Assembly: GCF_036963345.1 (NCBI RefSeq)
Contig: NZ_JBALMO010000018.1
Span: 1,019 to 41,018, forward strand
Direction: 5' to 3'
Length of the DNA: 40,000 nt
Source: Bacillus sp. JJ722
Lineage (GTDB): Bacteria > Bacillota > Bacilli > Bacillales > DSM-1321
The notes beneath the pieces are model-generated. The model ran no database searches. It was not told where the DNA came from and worked only from the letters and a program-made list of their open reading frames with translations. Of the stretch, positions 34,023 to 40,000 are shown one piece after another; the first letter of the stretch is position 1, and each line of letters begins with the position of its first letter. A program made the position numbers and the translations under genes.

Positions 34023-35894
34023 TTACTCATCAATAAAGATTCTTTTGTTCTTTCCATCAACCTTCTGTTGCACTGATGTTAATCCAAACAACTGCTTCAC
34101 TTGCTTGCTAAAACTAATATTACTAACGGCTTGATACCCATTCTCTGTACAATACACTTTGTACTGCAGATAAACATCACCAACAACACTACGTTCTAAT
34201 TCCACGTCTTCATTGTTAACAAAGCTAATGATAGGGTTATTATCTTCCTGGTATTTAATTAGCTCATTTTCAACTGCTTTTGATTTAGTGAATTTCTTAT
34301 TAGTAAGTAATCTCTTTAAACTTTTCAAAGCAAGATTTAGAACATATTGCATCGATTCATTAGATAACAATTTATCAGTAATAAATGGATCATAGTCTTC
34401 ATCATTTGGTGTGAATTTCGCTTTAAACGGAACAATTTGAAGACGTCTACCAAGACCATCACTAAAATCATTAATACGTGGCATTTCATTAGCACTAAAG
34501 ATTAATTTTGCATAGTTAGTGAAATCAAATGGATCTTTACCTTTACGTTCAACGTTTAGTGTTTCTCCGGTAGATAGTTTTTTAAAGATCGATGAATCTT
34601 TAATATAACCTTTTCCAATATCATCACCGATGTTCGCCAACTTCCCGAATAACTCGGCCGTTTTAAAACGCTGATCTAATTCATTCAAATCTAGTGATGA
34701 AGCATTATCCGAACCTATTAACTTGCGTATTATTTTCAAGTAAGAAGATTTACCATTACTACCGTCACCAGTTAAGATAAATGTTGCAGCAAACTCATTT
34801 CTCCTAAACAGGATATAGCCCAATATTTCTTCCATAATCGCACGGACCTTATTATCATTAACTGCAATTTTGTTGAACGTTTTATCAGTGACCTCATGAT
34901 AAGCATCTTTTACGTACGCAATAGGTATTTTATTTCTAGTAATAATCTCCGGTGTAAAATCTTCTAATTGCCAAGTTTCTAGATTAAATACGCCATTTTT
35001 CATAACAACATATTGAGTAGGCGAAAAGTTTTTATCTTTTGCTTTTAGCTGCAGGTATGCTAACGTTTCTTGTCGCTGCATCCTTTTTAATGAAGGAATG
35101 TGCTTAATCATTGCACCTTCAATGTCTTCTTGCTTATCCGAATATACACCTTCCGTATAAATGTGAAGGATATTAGTAATCTTACATATGTGATGTTCAT
35201 TAATAAGAAAATCCCCAAATTTCTCATGTTGGAACGAGCCTTTTACAAAAAAAGACTCTTTCATGAATGCATCATCACGTATTATTACATTTAATTCGGA
35301 TTGTTCAACTGGATCTTCTAAGATGTAATTGTTAATGATAGAGATTGTATCTTTAATATCATTCTTGGCCATACCTTGCGACTGCATTTTTAAGATGTAA
35401 GTGAAAAGCTTGTCGTTACGACCATCACCATCTGATAGTTTAGTAAGGTTAGGGTTTTTCTTATGGTACGGATATAGCCATTTTGGAAGTGGCTCATGTT
35501 CCGTTGATTTCTTTAACCATTTGCGCGTTTTCCCATCTATTTTAAGTGGATCGGCAGTATTTTTAATTCCTAATTTGTAATCACAAGGTATACCAATATT
35601 AGAAAACCATTTTATTTTATTGGCTGTTATATCATAGCCTTTAAAATAAAAGTGCATGCCATTAGTGGTTTCTAATACGGAACATTTAATTTTTTTATCT
35701 TCTATAATATCCAGAAGTATCTCTGCTTCATCTACGTCATCGACATCCACCATGATATAGTCATCTTCTAAAATACCAACGAATGAATCTTCTTTTCTTG
35801 CTGTGTGATAGGATAATAGTTTAGCTCCATCTTTAAACTTACTGGATGCATGTTTTCCATTTCCTTTGAGGTATCCTTTATAAATGTTAATCAC
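34023..35894 (-). CDS. bifunctional primase-polymerase / P4-D5-type helicase (phage/plasmid primase, P4 family)
   Basis: 623 aa. The N-terminus has the prim-pol motifs MVDVDD and TTNGMHFYF. The C-terminus has Walker A TGDGSNGKSS and Walker B-like NIGDDIG, as in P4 alpha and D5 primases. Confidence 0.85.
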   Translation of the reverse strand: MINIYKGYLKGNGKHASSKFKDGAKLLSYHTARKEDSFVGILEDDYIMVDVDDVDEAEILLDIIEDKKIKCSVLETTNGMHFYFKGYDITANKIKWFSNIGIPCDYKLGIKNTADPLKIDGKTRKWLKKSTEHEPLPKWLYPYHKKNPNLTKLSDGDGRNDKLFTYILKMQSQGMAKNDIKDTISIINNYILEDPVEQSELNVIIRDDAFMKESFFVKGSFQHEKFGDFLINEHHICKITNILHIYTEGVYSDKQEDIEGAMIKHIPSLKRMQRQETLAYLQLKAKDKNFSPTQYVVMKNGVFNLETWQLEDFTPEIITRNKIPIAYVKDAYHEVTDKTFNKIAVNDNKVRAIMEEILGYILFRRNEFAATFILTGDGSNGKSSYLKIIRKLIGSDNASSLDLNELDQRFKTAELFGKLANIGDDIGKGYIKDSSIFKKLSTGETLNVERKGKDPFDFTNYAKLIFSANEMPRINDFSDGLGRRLQIVPFKAKFTPNDEDYDPFITDKLLSNESMQYVLNLALKSLKRLLTNKKFTKSKAVENELIKYQEDNNPIISFVNNEDVELERSVVGDVYLQYKVYCTENGYQAVSNISFSKQVKQLFGLTSVQQKVDGKNKRIFIDE

Positions 35895-35946
35895 CTACTA
35901 TTCGCTCTAAAATTTACTATTTTTTTAAAAGATTACCTTTATAATT

Positions 35947-35955
35947 TGTTATACT
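35947..35955 (+). promoter_or_regulatory. extended -10 promoter (TGTTATACT) for the plus-strand accessory gene
   Basis: TGnTATACT lies 31 nt upstream of the ATG at 35986. There is no good -35, which extended -10 promoters tolerate. AAGGG serves as the RBS. Confidence 0.4.
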
Positions 35956-35985
35956 AAAAGTAAAAACACTTAGAAGGGATAAATT

Positions 35986-36807
35986 ATGCCAAGCAAATTA
36001 GATTCAAATTATCTTTTACTACAACTCGGATTATACGAACCTGTTCCTTTTGATGAAACTAGCTTTCTTGAATTAGAAAAATTTATTAATGAACGCCATA
36101 ACATACAATTTGATTGTTATTGTATTGAATGTAAAAAGGATTCTACATTTAAATTTTATTTAAATAACCGACAAGTCGTAAAATATTTGGATGATGATCC
36201 AGATATAAGGATGAATAGATTCACTTCTTCCCCAAATCCTTTAGATTTCCACTTTAAATGTCAAAGGGATGAATCACATTTATATTCATTCATTTTTCGA
36301 ATTTTCAACAATGAAATGACAAAGATTGGACAATTCCCTTCTATTGCCTCTTTAGAAATTCACTCTATTGATAAGTATCGAAAAATCTTAAAAAATGACT
36401 ATCGTGATTTTTCTAAAGCTATTGGACTATATTCCCATGGAATCGGTGCTGGTTCATTTGTCTACTTACGTAGAATTTTTGAAAACCTTATTGAAGAGTG
36501 TAGACAAGAAGCACTAAAAGAACCATCATTTGACAATACTGTTTTTCAACAATCTAAGATGGATGAAAAAATTAAGATGTTAGCAAATCAACTACCTCCC
36601 ATTCTTGTTGAAAATAGACAATTGTATAGTATTTTGAGTAAAGGAATACATGAGTTAACTGAAGAAGAATGTCTATCTCTATTCCCCGATGTCAAACTTG
36701 CAATTGAATTAATACTTGATGAAAAAATTTATAAACTTGAACAGAAGAATAAAATTCAATCTGTTAGAAATTTTGTTTCATCCACTGTAGAAAAATTAAA
36801 GAAATAG
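35986..36807 (+). CDS. opposite-strand accessory protein: N-terminal Cys/His zinc-ribbon-like region plus a C-terminal DUF4145-like (HEPN-superfamily-like) helical domain; candidate Abi/defence
   Basis: 273 aa. It contains CYCIECKK...FKCQRDESH. GQFPSIASLE...DYRDFSKAIGLYSHGIGAGSFVYLRRIFENLIEE and LYSILSKGIHELTEEECLSLFPDVKLAIELILDE fit my recollection of the DUF4145 layout. The gene has its own promoter-like element and terminator hairpin, and it is antiparallel to the flanking replication genes. Confidence 0.5.
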   Translation: MPSKLDSNYLLLQLGLYEPVPFDETSFLELEKFINERHNIQFDCYCIECKKDSTFKFYLNNRQVVKYLDDDPDIRMNRFTSSPNPLDFHFKCQRDESHLYSFIFRIFNNEMTKIGQFPSIASLEIHSIDKYRKILKNDYRDFSKAIGLYSHGIGAGSFVYLRRIFENLIEECRQEALKEPSFDNTVFQQSKMDEKIKMLANQLPPILVENRQLYSILSKGIHELTEEECLSLFPDVKLAIELILDEKIYKLEQKNKIQSVRNFVSSTVEKLKK

Positions 36808-36814
36808 GTTGTTC

Positions 36815-36836
36815 AACCATCCTTTTGAGGATGGTT
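36815..36836. terminator. hairpin between the convergent accessory gene and the DNA polymerase gene
   Basis: An 8-bp stem AACCATCC/GGATGGTT with a 6-nt loop. Only a weak T-tract follows on the plus strand. Confidence 0.45.
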
Positions 36837-38522
36837 TTACCTTTCCCCTATAAAATCATTAATTCTCTTAACTGCTAAATCCCAATACCACCAATAATCT
36901 AACTTGAGTGGTATTTTTTTATCACTTACATCTTCATTCACAATAAAACATCGCTCCGGAGTGTATGCTATTTTTTCATCAACACCGTTTTTTACTTTAC
37001 GTAACTCTTTATCGTTTTCATCTATGCTTGCAAATAAACGAAATACTTTCTCATACAATCTTCTCGTTCCGTATCTTGCATAATCATATTTACTACTAAT
37101 CTTTACGATCTTTTGGAACTTAATAAGTTCTTTACAACTAAAAATCGTTTCTTCTGGATCGATACCTTTTACAAACCAATTCACAATAGCTTCGTTAACA
37201 ATCGGTAAATCATTATCTAGACTGTTAAGCTTTTTAACGTATGCACCTTTTGATTTGTATTTCCCATCTGCATCTACCAAAATATAATTGTTAACGTCTT
37301 TCTGAATAACCTTTACGAATTCATCAAACTCTAATTCCATTTTTGTACGTTGTTCCCACTCATAACAAATGTCATCGATTAAATCGTAATCATCTTCATG
37401 GTATAGCTTAACTAGTACACCATCTGTATTAGATTGGATAATCTGACAATGTGGTTCAAGCTTTTCGATTAAATCTAGTAGCAATGTCATTCCACCTATA
37501 CAAACATTGTTGGCCATAAGTGGATCATAAAGTCCGTTGTATTTATCTTTCATTGCCCCATATGTCCCATTAATGACAATTTTAAGTGGTGCCTGGCGTT
37601 TATCTTTAGCAGCCTTGTATTTCAATCGAGTATCTCGTATTTCACTGAACTTTTCAGGGTTCTTTACGTTCCTACTTAAGTAATCGTACTCAATCATTAA
37701 TGCTGGATAATAACTGGCCACATCTATATTAATGAAATGGCCAGTACCAAAATAGTTGCTTCTTGCTCCATGCAAGCCACCCCAAGCGAAAATATGTGGT
37801 ACACCGGCAACATCTATCTCGAATACTTTGTCATAATCTTTGTTTTCCTTGTAGAAATCCAGGACTTCTGTATACTTATTAATCTGCAATGTAGGCGGAA
37901 AAGAAAAATCAAACTCATCAAATCTTGGAGTAGAAGGTTGTTTTGCTTCCAGGATCACGGCACTTAATTGCGCTTTTGTTTTAGAAATATTACGTATTGG
38001 AAGGTTAAACATTTTAAGTAATTCAATCTGTGATTCAAATTCTGTAATAGTTTCCATGAAAATGTGCATCGTTTCATGAACATCATGTGTACAGTAATCA
38101 ATTACTTCTTGGATCTCATCATCATTCAATTTACGTACTGTATCAAACGAAACTGATGTTTCACGAATATCATGGCCTTGAAACCCTTCTAATTGTTTTA
38201 AAGAACGAAATTTATTTGTCATTACATCAAAGTTGTAAAGTTTTATTTTCCAGAAGTCTTTGTAAAACTTCCAACCTGGTTGATTTTTTACTATAATCCA
38301 ATTGTTTATTTCTTGTGGTGTAAAACCACATAAAATTGCTTTTAAAATGTATTGGTCATAGTGACGGGAATTGTATCCTATCCAAATATCATTCTTGTGT
38401 TCGTTGTAATACTTTATTAAACCTATTTCATCATTAACAAATACTTTTTCTGATTGGTCTACTGTATCTGTAATGACCACTAACCAATCCTGGGCAAATA
38501 CTTCAAAGTCATAGAAAAGCAA
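36837..38522 (-). CDS. DNA polymerase, family-B-like, with an N-terminal DEDDy 3'-5' exonuclease
   Basis: 561 aa with a TTG start and an AAGGTG RBS. The exonuclease motifs are YDFE, YNSRHYD and YCTHDVHE. The polymerase motifs are DVASYYPALM (DxxSLYPS-like), KIVINGTYGAM (KxxxNSxYG-like) and QSNTDGVLV (DTD-like). Confidence 0.8.
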   Translation of the reverse strand: MLFYDFEVFAQDWLVVITDTVDQSEKVFVNDEIGLIKYYNEHKNDIWIGYNSRHYDQYILKAILCGFTPQEINNWIIVKNQPGWKFYKDFWKIKLYNFDVMTNKFRSLKQLEGFQGHDIRETSVSFDTVRKLNDDEIQEVIDYCTHDVHETMHIFMETITEFESQIELLKMFNLPIRNISKTKAQLSAVILEAKQPSTPRFDEFDFSFPPTLQINKYTEVLDFYKENKDYDKVFEIDVAGVPHIFAWGGLHGARSNYFGTGHFINIDVASYYPALMIEYDYLSRNVKNPEKFSEIRDTRLKYKAAKDKRQAPLKIVINGTYGAMKDKYNGLYDPLMANNVCIGGMTLLLDLIEKLEPHCQIIQSNTDGVLVKLYHEDDYDLIDDICYEWEQRTKMELEFDEFVKVIQKDVNNYILVDADGKYKSKGAYVKKLNSLDNDLPIVNEAIVNWFVKGIDPEETIFSCKELIKFQKIVKISSKYDYARYGTRRLYEKVFRLFASIDENDKELRKVKNGVDEKIAYTPERCFIVNEDVSDKKIPLKLDYWWYWDLAVKRINDFIGER

Positions 38523-38528
38523 TTAATA

Positions 38529-38675
38529 TCACACCTTATTAGCGAACTCTTTATCAAGATAAAAATTACAACCACACGTACATGAAAATTTATATTTAAA
38601 TTTATCTTTTGAAGCCCAATACTTCTGAGAATAAACAACATATTGACATCTCGGGCAATATGCTTGATAAGTCAT
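38529..38675 (-). CDS. small zinc-ribbon protein (below the track cutoff)
   Basis: My translation gives MTYQAYCPRCQYVVYSQKYWASKDKFKYKFSCTCGCNFYLDKEFANKV (48 aa), with CxxC ... CxCxC. Its start overlaps the upstream stop (ATGA). Confidence 0.45.
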   Translation of the reverse strand: MTYQAYCPRCQYVVYSQKYWASKDKFKYKFSCTCGCNFYLDKEFANKV

Positions 38676-38851
38676 TTCACAATATCATCCTTTACAAACC
38701 TTCTTGCATATCGTAATTGCTGTTGAATATATGGATCATCTTCTTTTCCTCCAGATGCAATCCAATCACTTATACGCTGGTTAATATCTTGTAAGGCTTC
38801 TAAAGGTACATGGTGTGAAATTTTTGCTATTTCTTGCAATGGACTAACCAT
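38672..38851 (-). CDS. small hypothetical phage protein (below the track cutoff)
   Basis: My translation gives MVSPLQEIAKISHHVPLEALQDINQRISDWIASGGKEDDPYIQQQLRYARRFVKDDIVK (59 aa), with an AAGGGTGA RBS. Confidence 0.45.
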   Translation of the reverse strand: MVSPLQEIAKISHHVPLEALQDINQRISDWIASGGKEDDPYIQQQLRYARRFVKDDIVK

Positions 38852-38870
38852 TTATAATCACCCTTTTCTA

Positions 38871-38896
38871 ATATAAAAGGGAGCCCGAAAGCTCCC
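38871..38896 (-). terminator. intrinsic terminator-like hairpin after the DUF669 gene
   Basis: A GC stem GGGAGC/GCTCCC (38879..38884 / 38891..38896) with a 6-nt loop, followed on the minus strand by UUUUAUAUU. Confidence 0.5.
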
Positions 38897-38906
38897 CCAT
38901 ATTCAC

Positions 38907-39395
38907 TTATTCAACTTCAAATATTTCAACAATCTCAAACGTGTCAAAGCCATCCTTGTTCTGATCTATTTCTAGAAGATATTCAAATTGACCGTCAATA
39001 TCCTCATGTATATCAAGCACTAAATCAGCATAATCTTTGAAGCTAGTAAACTTAACATCATCTTTTTCACAATCCCATAAAGCTCGAAGCATTTCATTAT
39101 TTTGATGAACCTGTAATCCAAATGCTTTATCGTTCTGTGGTTGCATAACTTTGTTATAAAAGATACGATTCTTTTCGTATTCACCAGCAATAACTTTAAA
39201 CCAAATTGTTAGCATTGGATCGCCTTTTTTTGATTCGGTTAATTCCAATTTTTCAACTTCAACTTCATATCGCCCTGGTGGAAGTGATTCATATCCTCCG
39301 CCACCATTTTCTTCTACTTCTTTCACATCTTCAGCTAATGCTTCTAGATCAACTTTTTTATCAAACTTATCCCAATTAAATTGTTTTTCTGCCAT
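38907..39395 (-). CDS. DUF669-family phage protein (SSB-like, recombination/replication module)
   Basis: 162 aa. LPPGRYEVEVEKLELTESKKGDPMLTIWFKVIAGEY matches the DUF669 core pattern. Confidence 0.6.
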   Translation of the reverse strand: MAEKQFNWDKFDKKVDLEALAEDVKEVEENGGGGYESLPPGRYEVEVEKLELTESKKGDPMLTIWFKVIAGEYEKNRIFYNKVMQPQNDKAFGLQVHQNNEMLRALWDCEKDDVKFTSFKDYADLVLDIHEDIDGQFEYLLEIDQNKDGFDTFEIVEIFEVE

Positions 39396-39706
39396 TATTC
39401 ATCATCCTCCTGATTGTTGTTAATTGAAACTACGCCATCCTCTACGGTGTATGGAACACCTTCATGCGGTGGATCTGTATTTTCTTCATCAACTGGTTTT
39501 GAAGTTGCCGTTTCCATAATTTCACGTGGTGTGTTGTAACTGAACGCTAAATCAACCAAAAAGTAAGTACCGTACTTATTGTGCTTTTCACTGATTTTGA
39601 ATGATGTTAAATACACGTCTTCCTTTGCTTCTGTTACAATTTCTTCTGCTTCTTCACGAGTATCAGCATAATGCTGTTCCTTTGTACTAAGTTCTTTTAC
39701 CGCCAT
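39395..39706 (-). CDS. hypothetical acidic phage protein
   Basis: A 103-aa ORF whose start overlaps the upstream stop (TAATG). Confidence 0.45.
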   Translation of the reverse strand: MAVKELSTKEQHYADTREEAEEIVTEAKEDVYLTSFKISEKHNKYGTYFLVDLAFSYNTPREIMETATSKPVDEENTDPPHEGVPYTVEDGVVSINNNQEDDE

Positions 39707-40000
39707 TATTTTTCACCTCTCGTTCTTCTACGACGTTTTGGAGCTTCTTCTTGTTCACCTGCAGATTCCTCTTCACCTGGTGGTGTCTCATCTTCCTGTG
39801 CATTTCGTGTACGTCGCTGACGTTTCGGTTTTTCCTCTTCAGCTGGTTTATCTTCAGTTTGTTCCTCTTCAGATTTACGATTACGACGTTGACGTTTTGG
39901 CTTTTCTTCTGTGACTGCTTCATCTTCAACTTCATCTTCAACTTCTTTGGTAGTCTGACTTACCTTTGTTTCTTCCTCGACTGAATCCTCATCATCTTTC
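39706..40000 (-). CDS. partial CDS (N-terminus beyond the window): acidic tail with three PKR(Q/R)RR(N/T)R arginine-rich repeats
   Basis: Absent from the ORF track. My translation of the frame that ends at the TAA at 39708..39706 gives ...EEKPKRQRRNRKSEEEQTEDKPAEEEKPKRQRRTRNAQEDETPPGEEESAGEQEEAPKRRRRTRGEK*. The stop is coupled to the next gene's ATG. Confidence 0.5.
   Translation of the reverse strand, partial: KDDEDSVEEETKVSQTTKEVEDEVEDEAVTEEKPKRQRRNRKSEEEQTEDKPAEEEKPKRQRRTRNAQEDETPPGEEESAGEQEEAPKRRRRTRGEK

Larger units (their letters stand above)
11726..40000 (-). mobile_element. prophage (temperate myovirus with an HK97-type head and PBSX-like contractile tail), one end plus about 28 kb; it continues past the window end
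   Basis: There is a contiguous minus-strand replication, packaging, head, tail and lysis gene order, and the lysis cassette faces a truncated host gene. The integrase, the repressor and the second att site are not in the window. Confidence 0.9.

Noticed and set aside
33878-34060. A 60-aa minus-strand ORF spanning the end of the primase gene and the repeat region
   Set aside because: It overlaps the primase stop and has no RBS. Its sequence is dictated by the TGACC/GGTCA palindromes. The region is better explained as non-coding repeats.
39687-39984. Track ORFs 39687..39941 (-) and 39751..39984 (+), with K/N/Q-rich or F/L/C-rich translations
   Set aside because: They are alternative frames of a purine-rich repetitive region. 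The frame ending at the TAA at 39708..39706 gives a sensible acidic/basic protein and is translationally coupled (TAATG) to the next gene, so these two are artefacts.

Overview
The window is AT-rich, Bacillales-like DNA in two parts. All family assignments come from reading the translations and recalling motifs; no searches were run.

(1) Positions 1-11.7 kb, all on the minus strand, hold a chromosomal late-flagellar/competence locus. It is syntenic with the B. subtilis comF-yvyF-flgM-flgN-flgK-flgL-yviE-fliW-csrA-hag-flaG-fliD region. It has three good sigma-D promoter matches, a CsrA-binding hairpin in the hag leader, a tandem yvyF duplication and no comFB.

(2) From about 11.7 kb to the window end is one arm of a large prophage, transcribed on the minus strand. 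Reading from 40 kb downwards:
- an early/replication module: DUF669 protein, family-B-like DNA polymerase, prim-pol/P4-type primase-helicase
- a repeat-dense, ori-like intergenic region
- a sigma-region-4-like late activator
- an HNH endonuclease with terS/terL, suggesting cos packaging
- an HK97-type head: portal, protease, and a capsid protein with an acidic Gly/Glu-rich insert
- a PBSX-like contractile tail: sheath, tube, chaperone with a -1 frameshift, tape measure, XkdQ/R/S/T/U-like baseplate and fibres
- an XkdX/XhlA/holin/M15-endolysin lysis cassette

The prophage end abuts a comFA gene that lacks its N-terminal ~140 codons. The element therefore appears to be inserted in the competence helicase gene. 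The integrase and the second att site are outside the window.

Three plus-strand accessory genes stand out. One is a self-contained Zn-ribbon/DUF4145-like gene wedged between primase and polymerase. The other two form a pair at the prophage end: a wHTH Rep-like protein and a Zn-ribbon-PH-SHOCT protein. These are the best candidates for uncharacterised lysogen-expressed (defence or exclusion) functions.
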